This document shows positions 1-8,710 of a DNA stretch of 64,000 nucleotides, in pieces. Made by a program: the position numbers and the translations under genes. The first letter of the stretch is position 1. Each line of letters starts with the position of its first letter. The stretch spans positions 66,527 through 130,526 of the forward strand of contig CAVAGB010000002.1 of assembly GCA_963588055.1 (NCBI GenBank). Direction: 5' to 3'. The notes beneath the pieces were generated by a model. That model was not told the origin of the DNA, did no database searches, and was given only the letters and a program-made list of their open reading frames with translations. The stretch is from Erysipelotrichaceae bacterium (GTDB lineage Bacteria; Bacillota_I; Bacilli_A; RFN20; CAG-826).

Positions 1-119
1 CCTTCAGTTCCATCAAGACCGCCATCAAATCAAGCGTCAGCAAATACATCGAGAGGAAGACGGGCAGACGTCCGATGGTCGTCCCCATCGTCATGGACGC
101 CTCAGGCAAAAGATGCTGA
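1..119 (+). CDS. rnj: ribonuclease J, C-terminal fragment (gene begins upstream of window)
   Basis: Frame 3 reads ...KSSVSKYIERKTGRRPMVVPIVMDASGKRC*. The KxxRRPM(I/V)xPI(I/V)M tail matches my recollection of Bacillus RNase J C-termini. The TGA at 117-119 overlaps the maf ATG. Confidence 0.45.
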   Translation, partial: FSSIKTAIKSSVSKYIERKTGRRPMVVPIVMDASGKRC

Positions 120-667
120 TCCTCGCCAGCGCATCCCCCAGAAGAAAGGAGCTTCTCAAGAAAGTCGCTCCTTCTTTTTTGGTGATTCCATCTAACTACG
201 ACGAAAGGAGCCTTCACCTGAGTCCAAGCGCTTTGCCTTTGGAAGAGAGCAAGATGAAGGCGTATGAGGTCTTCTCTCGCTACCCCAACGAGGAGATTCT
301 TTCCTGCGACACCGTCGTGGTGCTCCACAACGAGATCCTAGGGAAGCCCAAAGACGAGGAGGACGCCGTCAGGATGCTTCTTGCCGAGCAGGGGCAAGTC
401 CAGACGGTGCTTTCTGGCTACACTTATCTAAGGCAAGGCAGGGAAATCAGCCGCACAGTGGCCACCAAAGTCCACTTCAATCCCTTGAACGAAGCGCAGA
501 TAAGGGAATACGTCGCGACGAAAAAGCCCCTAGACAAAGCTGGGGCCTATGGGATTCAAGACGGCTTCCCCCTCGTCTCTTACATCGAAGGGAGCTACGA
601 CAACGTGATGGGCCTGCCGACGGAGGACTTGATCCTCCACGTCAAGCCTTTTCTCCGAAGAGAATGA
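113..667 (+). CDS. maf: Maf-like nucleoside triphosphate pyrophosphatase (septum formation protein Maf)
   Basis: 184-aa ORF with LILASASPRRKELL at the N-terminus and KAGAYGIQD near the C-terminus, both typical Maf/YhdE motifs. Confidence 0.9.
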   Translation: MLILASASPRRKELLKKVAPSFLVIPSNYDERSLHLSPSALPLEESKMKAYEVFSRYPNEEILSCDTVVVLHNEILGKPKDEEDAVRMLLAEQGQVQTVLSGYTYLRQGREISRTVATKVHFNPLNEAQIREYVATKKPLDKAGAYGIQDGFPLVSYIEGSYDNVMGLPTEDLILHVKPFLRRE

Positions 668-1019
668 AGTAGAGCTCCTTCGCGTCCCCTTTGGCGACGA
701 GGGTGAGACGATTGGACATCAGGATGAAGGCGTCCACTCCGGCATCTTTCAGTTTCTCCTGGTCGACGATCGAGGTGTCTTTCAGGGTGATTGCGATGCG
801 CGAGCCGACGAGTTTCTTATCGACGATGTTGCCCTCTCCTCCGAAGCATTCGAGGTAGGTGTCCTTCGAGGCGAGCTGCCTCTTTTCCTTCTTTTTGCCT
901 CTCCCCGTGAGGAGAACCAGCACGACGGCTATGGCAAGAATCCCAACGAGGATGAGGGCCAGCCACCAAGAGGAAGAGGCGAGCCAAGAGGCGAACTGTT
1001 GGGTGGATTCATTTTTCAT
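642..1019 (-). CDS. membrane-anchored protein with degenerate PTS EIIB(Glc)-like domain
   Basis: ATG at 1019 (the track start at 1082 is a TTG). One TM helix (WWLALILVGILAIAVVLVLL) is followed by FGGEGNIVDKKLVGSRIAITLKD...AGVDAF, which resembles the EIIB GGxxNI..hCaTRLR..lkD signature but has Val at the phospho-Cys position. Confidence 0.55.
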   Translation of the reverse strand: MKNESTQQFASWLASSSWWLALILVGILAIAVVLVLLTGRGKKKEKRQLASKDTYLECFGGEGNIVDKKLVGSRIAITLKDTSIVDQEKLKDAGVDAFILMSNRLTLVAKGDAKELYFILFGEKA

Positions 1020-1028
1020 AAGCGTGGG

Positions 1029-1035
1029 TATAATA
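1029..1035. promoter_or_regulatory. shared AT block giving face-to-face -10 hexamers for divergent genes
   Basis: TATAAT at 1029-1034 (+) lies 19 nt before the CYTH ATG, which has a GAGGT SD. TATTAT at 1035-1030 (-) lies 10 nt before the 1019 ATG, which has no SD. The two start codons are only 34 bp apart. Confidence 0.35.
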
Positions 1036-1053
1036 GCACTCGAGGTAAGCAAT

Positions 1054-1623
1054 ATGTCCAACGCGATTGAAATTGAAGCCAAAGTCCTTCTGAGGAAGCA
1101 GGATTACGAGAAGCTGATCTCCCTTTTCCCCGACGAGAAGGGCTACGCTCAGACCAACTACTACATCGACTCGGAGGAGAGGATCCTCGCCAAAGAAGGC
1201 ATCGCTTTGCGCGTGAGGCTAAAAAACAACTCCTATGAGATGACCCTCAAAACCCCTCTTTCGGAAGGGCTCCTTGAGAAGAACTACCCGATGAGCGAAG
1301 AGGAATTCCACGCGCTTCAGAAAGGGGTCTTCCCCTGCAAGGACATCGCGCGCTTCCTAACGATGCTAGACCTCGACGTGAGCAAGCTCAAGATCCTGAC
1401 CTCCCTCACCACCTACCGCATCGACGTCCATTACGAGGATGGGCTCCTCTCCATCGATAAGAACGACTACTCAGGGCAGACCGATTACGAGATTGAGCTA
1501 GAGTACAACCACTTGGACGGGGCTAGGAAGGTATTGAAGAACCTATTGGACCAAAACAACATCCCCTGCGAATTCTCCACGGCCACCAAAGTTCACCGCG
1601 CGATGAGGGCGATTGGGAAATAA
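1054..1623 (+). CDS. CYTH domain protein (YjbK-like triphosphate tunnel enzyme)
   Basis: Start moved to the ATG at 1054 (MSNAIEIEAKVLL...). The EIEAK...ALRVR...LTLK...EIELE alternating-strand pattern is typical of CYTH/YjbK. An SD-like GAGGT lies upstream. Confidence 0.75.
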   Translation: MSNAIEIEAKVLLRKQDYEKLISLFPDEKGYAQTNYYIDSEERILAKEGIALRVRLKNNSYEMTLKTPLSEGLLEKNYPMSEEEFHALQKGVFPCKDIARFLTMLDLDVSKLKILTSLTTYRIDVHYEDGLLSIDKNDYSGQTDYEIELEYNHLDGARKVLKNLLDQNNIPCEFSTATKVHRAMRAIGK

Positions 1624-1656
1624 GGCAATGAAAACGAGCGCCACGCGCCCGTTTTT

Positions 1657-2070
1657 TCATTTATGCCCATCGCAGTCTAAATACTTCGGGCAGGCTAAGC
1701 AGGCCTCATTGGCAAGTCGCCTCGCCCGAGGGATGAAGGTGCGGATCTCCTCGCTGTTGTACCCGACCTGGATGCGCCTGTCGTCTACGATGATCGGGCG
1801 GCGGAGGACGGTGGGGTTAGCCCTTATGAAATCGATGAGCTCAGAGATCTTCATCGAATCGAAATCGATGTGCTGCTCCTGCACGATCTTCGAACGCGGG
1901 GAGATGATGTCGTCTGTCCCGTTCTCGGACTTGACGATCATCTCCTTGATCTCGCTTGGGGTCAGCCCGCCGAAGATGTTGTGGTCGGTGTAGGGTATTT
2001 TCTGCTCATCGAACCACTGCTTCACCTTGCGGCAGCTCGCGCAACTTGGGGAGGTGTAGATCTTTATCAT
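1657..2070 (-). CDS. spx: Spx/ArsC-family redox transcriptional regulator
   Basis: MIKIYTSPSCASCRKVKQWF... with the N-terminal CxxC, plus GTDDIISPRSK and LRRPIIVDDRRIQVGYN. This aligns closely with B. subtilis Spx as I remember it. Confidence 0.85.
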   Translation of the reverse strand: MIKIYTSPSCASCRKVKQWFDEQKIPYTDHNIFGGLTPSEIKEMIVKSENGTDDIISPRSKIVQEQHIDFDSMKISELIDFIRANPTVLRRPIIVDDRRIQVGYNSEEIRTFIPRARRLANEACLACPKYLDCDGHK

Positions 2071-2079
2071 AACGAGGTA

Positions 2080-2085
2080 AGTATA
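2080..2085 (-). promoter_or_regulatory. -10-like hexamer TATACT, 9 nt upstream of spx ATG (no SD)
   Basis: The minus strand reads GATTATACTtacctcgttATG. There is no purine-rich SD between the hexamer and the start. Confidence 0.3.
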
Positions 2086-2173
2086 ATCGCAGGCGCCATT
2101 TCGAGGAAGAGAGAAGCCCTAGACCATGGGGCTTGCAAAATAGGTCGCGATTCCCGTCTCTATCCATAGTAAA

Positions 2174-2983
2174 ATGCACCCCATGGAAAAGAGAAGGAAG
2201 CTCATCGTCGCCGACTGCGACGGAACCTTGCTAAGCAGCCTGCACACGCTCTCTAAGGAAGCCATCTCCTTCATCTCCTCCTTGAAAGAGAAAGACGTCC
2301 TCTTCGTCTTATCCTCCGGGCGTCCTCCCCGCTCGATGCTTCCTTATTACGAGGCATTGGGCTTAGAGACTCCTCTCATCAGCTACAACGGCGGCCTCCT
2401 CTATTCCCCATTCCAGAAAGACTTCCCAGAGAAAAAACACGCTTTCTGTAAGGATGAGGTTCTAAAAATCTACGCAAAAGCCGCCTCTTTTCTCCTTGGC
2501 TTCCAAGCAGAGGAGGGCGACAGCATATACTGCCTGAAGGAAGATCCTTCCCTTGATTCCTATTTCTGGAAGCAAGGGATGAACCTCATCCGAGGAAATC
2601 CCGACAAGATTTTGGATAAAGACCCCTACTCCGTCGTCTTCAAATGTGAAAGGGAACGCGATGTGGATTTGGAGGCGATCGTGAATAACTTCCCCCCTCT
2701 GCGATGGAGGCATTGGACGGGCTCTTTGTATTCCGAGCTTTATTACCAAGAAGCCAACAAAGGCGAGGCCTTGCGCGCCATCATGGACTATTACGGAATC
2801 GCGAAAGAAGATTGTTACGCGTTCGGGGATTCGCTCAACGACAGGGAGATGCTCCTCTCCGCCGGCCATCCATTCGTGATGAGGAACTCGAAGTCGCCTG
2901 AGATGAAAACCGAATTCAGGAACACTCGCTTCAGCAACGACGAAGACGGGGTCCTCAAAGAGCTGATCGAACTCTTCGCTTAA
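2174..2983 (+). CDS. Cof-type HAD-IIB sugar phosphatase
   Basis: DCDGTLL motif I, SSGRP motif II and GDSLNDREML motif IV. The start could instead be the ATG at 2183. Confidence 0.8.
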   Translation: MHPMEKRRKLIVADCDGTLLSSLHTLSKEAISFISSLKEKDVLFVLSSGRPPRSMLPYYEALGLETPLISYNGGLLYSPFQKDFPEKKHAFCKDEVLKIYAKAASFLLGFQAEEGDSIYCLKEDPSLDSYFWKQGMNLIRGNPDKILDKDPYSVVFKCERERDVDLEAIVNNFPPLRWRHWTGSLYSELYYQEANKGEALRAIMDYYGIAKEDCYAFGDSLNDREMLLSAGHPFVMRNSKSPEMKTEFRNTRFSNDEDGVLKELIELFA

Positions 2984-2989
2984 AGCGTT

Positions 2990-3020
2990 TGAAAAGCCCC
3001 TGGGCTTTCGCCGAAGGGGC
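2990..3020 (-). terminator. intrinsic terminator downstream of pgcA
   Basis: The minus strand reads GCCCCTtcggcgaaagcccAGGGGC followed by TTTTC. Confidence 0.5.
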
Positions 3021-3035
3021 AAACATTTCAACTGC

Positions 3036-4745
3036 TTAGGCGGGAAGGTCTAACTTCTTGACGAGATAGCTCCAAATGGAGGCGACTTTCTCGTTCAGCC
3101 CTTCTTTCACTTTGGAGACGGCTTCGATGTAGAATTTGATCTTCGGCTCGGTGCCGCTGGGGCGCACGGTGACCGTCGACCCATCGACGAGGACGTATTT
3201 TAGGACGTTCGATTTCGGGAGCCCAACGATCGGCTCGGTGCTTCCATCGTCATGGGTGATCAGATCCAATTCGTAGTCGCGGATCTCCTTCACCTTGATG
3301 CCATCAATCTCGTTGAGCCCTTCTTTGCGGAGGTCCTCCATCATCTTGTCCATCTTGATGTGGCCGCTGAGCCCCTCGAAGTAGACGCTAACTAGATCGG
3401 TCCCGTGGTAGCCGTATTTCTTCTGCAGATTCTCATAAGCGACGTCTAGCGGCATGCCTTTGCGTTTGTAGTAAAGGGCCATCTCGGTGTAGAGCAAAAT
3501 CGCCTGGACGCCGTCTTTATCCCTCACAAAAGGGGAGATGAGGCAGCCGTAGGATTCCTCATATCCGAAGATGAAGGTAGGCCCATGGCCCAGTTTCTCG
3601 TAATAGCCGATGCGGTCGCCGATGAATTTAAAGCCGGTTAGGAAGCTCTCCACCTTGACCCCGAAGCTCCTAGCGATGTCCGCGCCTTGGCTGGAGGTTA
3701 CGATGGTGTCGTAGATGACCCCGTCTTTTGGCAGAGTTCCTGCTTCTTTCCTCGCGGAGAGGATGTAGTCGATGAGAAGCGCACCGGACTGGTTGCCTGT
3801 GAGCCTTTCGTAGGTTCCTTTGCTGGAAAGGTAGGCAAGTCCGCATCTATCGCCGTCAGGATCAGTCATCACGCAGAGGTCGGCGTGGTGCCTTTCCGCG
3901 TATTGGAGGCTCAGCTCCCAAGCTTCCGGGATCTCGGGGTTCGGGGATTTGGTGGCCCCGAAATAAGGGTCGTGGACGCATTGTTCCTTCACGGGGATGA
4001 TCTCGTAGCCTAGCTCGGTGAAGATGCGCATCGCGTTCTCATAACTCGCGCCGTGCTGAGGCGAATAGATGACTTTGAAACCTCTTTTGTCGAGCTCAGG
4101 ATGGATTTGGATGTCCTCGACGAGGGCGCAATAGGAATCGTCGATGTTCTTGTCGAAGATGATTTGCTCACCGTTGCCGTCATCTTCCATCTCAATGGAA
4201 AGGGGGTTGCCCAAAGAGGAGAGGATCTCCAAAAGAGGGGCGATCGAATCCGGGGTGAGCTGGCAGCCGGTCTCGTCGTAGACCTTGAAGCCGTTGTATT
4301 CCTTGGGGTTGTGCGAAGCGGTGATCATGACTCCGCCAGCGCAACGCGCGTAGCGCACGGCGTAGCTGAGCTCAGGGACGGGGCGAAGGGAATCGAAAAG
4401 GTAAGTCTTGAAGCCGAGCCCGTTGAGGATGGAAGAGCACAGCAAGGCGAATTCGCGGGAATACTCGCGGTTATCGTGGCTGATCGCGACGCCTTTGCTT
4501 TCGGCGTCTTTGATTGTCTTCCTGAGGAAAAGGCCTAGGCCATAGGAGGCTTTGCCAATCGTGAAGCGGTTGATGCGGTTGAGCCCCAATCCGAGCTTGC
4601 CCCTCATGCCTCCGGTGCCAAAGGGGGCCTCTTGGAAGAAGGCGTCTTCCTTCTCCTCTTCGCTTAACGAAAGGAGAGCGGCTTTCTCTTCCTTGCTGAG
4701 CAAGGGCGAGGCGAGCCATTCCTGATAGCTTTTTTCGATGTCCAT
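3036..4745 (-). CDS. pgcA: phosphoglucomutase / alpha-D-phosphohexomutase
   Basis: 569 aa with the active-site loop TASHNPKEYNGFKVY, the metal loop DPDGDR and a GYEESYG sugar-binding-like motif. Confidence 0.85.
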   Translation of the reverse strand: MDIEKSYQEWLASPLLSKEEKAALLSLSEEEKEDAFFQEAPFGTGGMRGKLGLGLNRINRFTIGKASYGLGLFLRKTIKDAESKGVAISHDNREYSREFALLCSSILNGLGFKTYLFDSLRPVPELSYAVRYARCAGGVMITASHNPKEYNGFKVYDETGCQLTPDSIAPLLEILSSLGNPLSIEMEDDGNGEQIIFDKNIDDSYCALVEDIQIHPELDKRGFKVIYSPQHGASYENAMRIFTELGYEIIPVKEQCVHDPYFGATKSPNPEIPEAWELSLQYAERHHADLCVMTDPDGDRCGLAYLSSKGTYERLTGNQSGALLIDYILSARKEAGTLPKDGVIYDTIVTSSQGADIARSFGVKVESFLTGFKFIGDRIGYYEKLGHGPTFIFGYEESYGCLISPFVRDKDGVQAILLYTEMALYYKRKGMPLDVAYENLQKKYGYHGTDLVSVYFEGLSGHIKMDKMMEDLRKEGLNEIDGIKVKEIRDYELDLITHDDGSTEPIVGLPKSNVLKYVLVDGSTVTVRPSGTEPKIKFYIEAVSKVKEGLNEKVASIWSYLVKKLDLPA

Positions 4746-4764
4746 AAGTTGTACCTGCCGCGCG

Positions 4765-5742
4765 TTATTCTAGATTATTTGCGCTTAGCTTTTCAATGAT
4801 TAGGCGCTCCTCCTGAGGCAAGGGGGAGACGAATTCCTTCTTCGACAACGGGGCGAGGGTCCCTTTGAGCTCTCCGAAGGAGATTTTGTAGGCGTGGAGG
4901 AACTGGTTTTCCAGTCCCGTCAGCTTCTTAACCTTCCGGCAGTCGGCGAAGTCGCCGTACTTCTCATCCCCGACGATCGGGTGGCCGATGGAGGCGAGGT
5001 GGACCCTGATCTGATGGGTCCTGCCGGTGACGAGGTCGCATTCGACGAGGGTGTAGTCCCCGTGGTGTTCGAGGGCTTTGTATTTGGTGAGCGCGGTTTT
5101 GCCTCCACTAGAGAGGGGGCAGATGGAGACGCGGCCGGAGATCTCGTCCTTCTTCAAGGGTTTGTTGATCTCCCCTTCCCCTTCTAGGTCTCCGACGACC
5201 AAGGCGAGGTAGCGCTTGGAGATGCCTTCCCTCGTCTTGAATAGATCAGTGAGGTCTTTGAGGCCCGCGTCGGTTTTGCCGTAGACCACGATCCCTGAGG
5301 TGTTGCGGTCGAGGCGATGGGCGGGGGAGGGTGTGAAGGAGGAATCCTCGGGGTCGTAATCGCCTTTTAGATAAAGATAATCGAGCACGGCGTTCCCTAG
5401 CGTCTCCCTCACGCCCGTCTTGTCTCCGTATACCAAAAGACCTTTGGGCTTAGAGACGATGAGGACGTTCTTATCCTCGTACAGGATTGGGTAAGGGAAG
5501 GGCTTCTTCTCGGCCGGGCGGGGCTTTCTGAAGTCCTCAAGCTGCTGATCGGTCACGTAGATCCTCAGCACGTCCCCTTCTTTGAGGAGGTAGTCCTTCT
5601 TGATCCAATGACCGTTGGCTTTGATGTCTTTCTTGCGAAAGGCTTTGTAGATATAGCCAAGAGGGGCTTCGGAGAGGTATTTCTTGACGAATTTCTCGGC
5701 TTTTTGCCCGGCGTTGTTGCTGGTGATGACGACTTCTTTCAT
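4765..5742 (-). CDS. RluA/RluD-family 23S rRNA pseudouridine synthase (YjbO/YlyB-like)
   Basis: S4-like N-terminus, catalytic HRLDRNTSG motif and TGRTHQIRVH motif. I prefer the start at MKEVV (5742) over 5787, but this is uncertain. Confidence 0.8.
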   Translation of the reverse strand: MKEVVITSNNAGQKAEKFVKKYLSEAPLGYIYKAFRKKDIKANGHWIKKDYLLKEGDVLRIYVTDQQLEDFRKPRPAEKKPFPYPILYEDKNVLIVSKPKGLLVYGDKTGVRETLGNAVLDYLYLKGDYDPEDSSFTPSPAHRLDRNTSGIVVYGKTDAGLKDLTDLFKTREGISKRYLALVVGDLEGEGEINKPLKKDEISGRVSICPLSSGGKTALTKYKALEHHGDYTLVECDLVTGRTHQIRVHLASIGHPIVGDEKYGDFADCRKVKKLTGLENQFLHAYKISFGELKGTLAPLSKKEFVSPLPQEERLIIEKLSANNLE

Positions 5743-5751
5743 TGCCGGGAT

Positions 5752-5757
5752 AGTATA
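5752..5757 (-). promoter_or_regulatory. -10-like hexamer TATACT, 9 nt upstream of rlu ATG (no SD)
   Basis: The minus strand reads GTTATATACTatcccggcaATG. Confidence 0.25.
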
Positions 5758-5845
5758 TAACAAAAACAGCTTACGGGCTTCGCGCATGCCCTTACGGACA
5801 AGAGCGTGCCGGTTACCTGATTCAATCCGAATCCTTTGGCAGGAT

Positions 5846-6409
5846 TCAAAGGCTCACGCGGAAGAGATCCTTCGCCAACGTCAAAGCGAGCTCGCTTTGG
5901 CTGGAATCGGAAAGCGAGCCAAGATGGACGCTCGTCTTGCTGAAGAAGCAATAATAGGTGCCTTGGGGCACCGGAAAATACTCATTCTCGGTGAGATTTG
6001 CTTTCAGTCCGTAAGTGACTCCGTCGACTTGATAGCCGTCGCTAACGCCCAACGTATCCAAAGAAGCAAATTCGCTTAGGTCCTTATCCTTGAGGTAATC
6101 GCCTGAGAAAAGATAGAGGTCGCAGCTGATCGCGGAGGAATAATAGGTCTCGTAGTCGCTGGAAGCGGGGTCGAAGGAAAGCACGCCGACGAGCTTGATC
6201 GAGGGGTCGACCTCTTTGATGTGGCTTTGCAGTTTCTCGGTCTCGACGCTTCCGTAGGCGACATCCATGAACAAAGAGAAGGTCTCTCTAGCGCTTGGGG
6301 TGGTTTTAAGCTCGACTCCGAAGCAAAGCCCAAGCCCCAAAAGAACGCAAAGAACGCCAAGCAAGGCCCAGTAATGGCGGAAGAGCTTTCCCAAACCGAA
6401 CTTAGGCAT
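5846..6409 (-). CDS. hypothetical N-terminally anchored extracytoplasmic protein
   Basis: 187-aa ORF in the same codon style as its neighbours. It has one N-terminal TM helix (WALLGVLCVLLGLGLCF). I recognise no motif. Confidence 0.55.
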   Translation of the reverse strand: MPKFGLGKLFRHYWALLGVLCVLLGLGLCFGVELKTTPSARETFSLFMDVAYGSVETEKLQSHIKEVDPSIKLVGVLSFDPASSDYETYYSSAISCDLYLFSGDYLKDKDLSEFASLDTLGVSDGYQVDGVTYGLKANLTENEYFPVPQGTYYCFFSKTSVHLGSLSDSSQSELALTLAKDLFRVSL

Positions 6410-6890
6410 CCTCGATCTCCTTTATGTAGAGGGAAGAGACGCGAAAAGAATAGATAGAACCCACTTCGATGTTGAAGGCCCCTCTTTTATCGGAGGAAAG
6501 GTAGAGAACTCTCTTCTGGTCCCTTCCTACCTCCACTTCAAGCGGATAGGATTCAAGCCCTCCAGCGAGGGCGATGGGCTTCTCTTTGATGGACAAGACC
6601 CTCCCTTTGCAGATCTCCCCTTCATCTGCGAGGACCTTCTTATATAGCCCAAGCCCGTTCGCGCGCCTTTTCCATTGGGCGAAGAAAAGGAAGGCAAGAG
6701 AAAAGGCAATGATGCAAAAGAGGCAGCCGAAGACCATCCAAAGGATCTTGGTCTCGTAAGTTGAGAGGATGATCGTGAGGGCGAAGCCAATCGCGGTGAG
6801 GGAAAGGAAAACGATGCCTAGAACCAAGCTGATCCGGGTCTTCTTCTCGAAGACGGTTTTTTCTTGCTCCGTGTAGAACGACGCTTTCAT
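6402..6890 (-). CDS. hypothetical membrane protein (2 TM plus C-terminal soluble domain)
   Basis: 162 aa with two hydrophobic helices. It overlaps the downstream ORF by 8 nt. I recognise no motif. Confidence 0.55.
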   Translation of the reverse strand: MKASFYTEQEKTVFEKKTRISLVLGIVFLSLTAIGFALTIILSTYETKILWMVFGCLFCIIAFSLAFLFFAQWKRRANGLGLYKKVLADEGEICKGRVLSIKEKPIALAGGLESYPLEVEVGRDQKRVLYLSSDKRGAFNIEVGSIYSFRVSSLYIKEIEDA

Positions 6891-6993
6891 AGGCCTGCTT
6901 CTCTTCGATCTCGTTTAGGCGAATTATACTTTCTTCCCTTTCTTCTAACATCCTTTTCAAATCAAAAGAAAGGATGCGGAAAACCCGCAAAAG

Positions 6994-8391
6994 TCACTTA
7001 TTTTCCGTTTCTGCAGCTTTTTCGACCTCTTCTTTTCTTTTACGGAATATGCGCGGGAAGAGAATGAGGAAGGTAATCGAGGTGATGATGCCCGCGCAGC
7101 AATCGGCGATGCCTTCTGAAAGGTAGACGCCGAAGCAGCCTAGGTAATGGGAGAGCAAGAAACAAAGGGGGATGAGGATCACCACTTTCCTAAGCACGGC
7201 CAGGCAAAGAGAGCTTTTGGCTTGTCCTAAGGCGACGTTCACATTCTGCAAAGTCATCTGAACGAAGAACATCACGCAGCCCATCAAGAAGAAAGGGGTG
7301 TAGGTCTTCACCAAGGCGAAGACGGATTCGCTCGCGCTGAACAAATAGGCGTACATCTCGGGGAAGGCGAGGGAAATCCCCCAAGTCAAAACCGCGTAGA
7401 CGAAGGCGAGAATGGTCACGTCTATGATCCCCTTCTTGAGCCTGTCCACATCCCCTTTCCCATAGTTGTAGCTCACGAATGGCTGCATGCCGTACCCCAT
7501 GCCATTCAAAGGCAAAGAGATCAGTTGCAAGGCGCTGAGCATGATCGTCATCGCCGCGGTGTAATCCTTATCTCCTCCGCTCGCCCAATTGAGATTGACG
7601 TTGAAAACGATCTGGATGAGACATTCGGTCGCGGTCATGACGAATGGGGAGAAACCAAGGGAAAGGATGCTTTTGATGACTTTTCCATCCGGTTTCATTT
7701 GCTTGAAAGAAAAGCGGAAGACGCTCTCTTTCGTGAAGAAGATCGCCATTATCCAAAGGAAAGAGCAGAACTGGCTGATCACGGTCGCATAAGCTGCCCC
7801 GGTCTCACCCAGATGGAAGACGAAGATAAACAAAGGATCCAGCCCGATGTTGATGATCGCTCCGATCAAGATGGATATCATCGCTAAGAGCGACCGCCCC
7901 TGGGCGGTGATGAAAGGATTGAGCCCTTGCCCAAGCAAAACGAAGACGATCCCTATGGAATAGGCTTTAAGGTAGGAGGTCGCATAGCCCAATGAGCTGT
8001 CCGGACATCCGAAGAGCCTAACAAGAGGCTCCGAGAAGAAGAAGCAGACGAAGCTAAGAACCAAGCCCAGGAGCAGCAAAAGGACGAAAGCGTTGTTGAA
8101 GATCCGATTCGCCTCATCCTTCCTCCCTTCGCCGAGCTTCATGCTCGCCCTCGGCGAGCCGCCTAGCCCAACCAGGTTCGCGAAGGCCTGCAGGATGATC
8201 GTGATCGGCAAAACAATACCCAAAGCGGCAAGGCATTCCATGCCGCTCCCTTTGATGTTCGAAACGAACATGCGGTCAACCGCGTTATATAAAAAGGATA
8301 TGAGTTGGGCGATGACGGCAGGGATGGTCAGTTTGAACACAAGGGGCCATATTCTGCCCCTTCCCAAAGATGAGGCACCTTCGTTCGCCAT
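6994..8391 (-). CDS. MATE family efflux transporter
   Basis: 465 aa with about 12 TM helices. The N-terminus (LTIPAVIAQLISFLYNAVDRMFV) is typical of MATE/NorM-like proteins. Confidence 0.8.
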   Translation of the reverse strand: MANEGASSLGRGRIWPLVFKLTIPAVIAQLISFLYNAVDRMFVSNIKGSGMECLAALGIVLPITIILQAFANLVGLGGSPRASMKLGEGRKDEANRIFNNAFVLLLLLGLVLSFVCFFFSEPLVRLFGCPDSSLGYATSYLKAYSIGIVFVLLGQGLNPFITAQGRSLLAMISILIGAIINIGLDPLFIFVFHLGETGAAYATVISQFCSFLWIMAIFFTKESVFRFSFKQMKPDGKVIKSILSLGFSPFVMTATECLIQIVFNVNLNWASGGDKDYTAAMTIMLSALQLISLPLNGMGYGMQPFVSYNYGKGDVDRLKKGIIDVTILAFVYAVLTWGISLAFPEMYAYLFSASESVFALVKTYTPFFLMGCVMFFVQMTLQNVNVALGQAKSSLCLAVLRKVVILIPLCFLLSHYLGCFGVYLSEGIADCCAGIITSITFLILFPRIFRKRKEEVEKAAETENK

Positions 8392-8398
8392 AGGCCAA

Positions 8399-8404
8399 AT
8401 TATA
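8399..8404 (-). promoter_or_regulatory. -10 hexamer TATAAT, 7 nt upstream of MATE ATG (leaderless candidate)
   Basis: The minus strand reads cgccTATAATttggcctATG, with no SD. Confidence 0.4.
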
Positions 8405-8452
8405 GGCGTGGCGCTTGCTTTTTCGAAGCCTTCGAACGCCTTAAAAAAGCGA

Positions 8453-8481
8453 TTGAAAAAGCCTAGGTGACCTCTTATAAT
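8453..8481 (+). promoter_or_regulatory. sigma-A-type promoter of tRNA-Ser
   Basis: TTGAAA (8453-8458), a 17-nt spacer, then TATAAT (8476-8481). Confidence 0.6.
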
Positions 8482-8507
8482 CCTTCTTGCCGCATTTCAA
8501 TCAATGT

Positions 8508-8598
8508 GGAGGAATACCCAAGTGGTCGAAGGGGTGGGCTTGGAAAGCTCATAGGCGGGTAACACTGCGCTGGGGTTCGAATCCCCATTCCTCCGCCA
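8508..8598 (+). tRNA. tRNA-Ser (anticodon GGA), CCA encoded
   Basis: Hand-folded cloverleaf: acceptor GGAGGAA/TTCCTCC, anticodon loop TTGGAAA, long variable arm, T-loop GGTTCGAATCC. Confidence 0.85.
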
Positions 8599-8610
8599 GC
8601 GGCAATTCAA

Positions 8611-8640
8611 AGTCACCGAAAGGTGGCTTTTCTTTTTTTC
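8611..8640 (+). terminator. intrinsic terminator after tRNA-Ser
   Basis: AGTCACC gaaa GGTGGCT followed by TTTCTTTTTTT. Confidence 0.6.
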
Positions 8641-8663
8641 GGGCCCAAGCAAGAAGGCCACGC

Positions 8664-8692
8664 ACAAAAAACCGGAGCGGTTAAGCCCCGGT
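8664..8692 (-). terminator. intrinsic terminator after the 8711-9079 gene
   Basis: The minus strand reads AACCGGGGCttaaccGCTCCGGTT followed by TTTTTG. Confidence 0.6.
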
Positions 8693-8710
8693 TCAAATTC
8701 GGTTCTTTGC

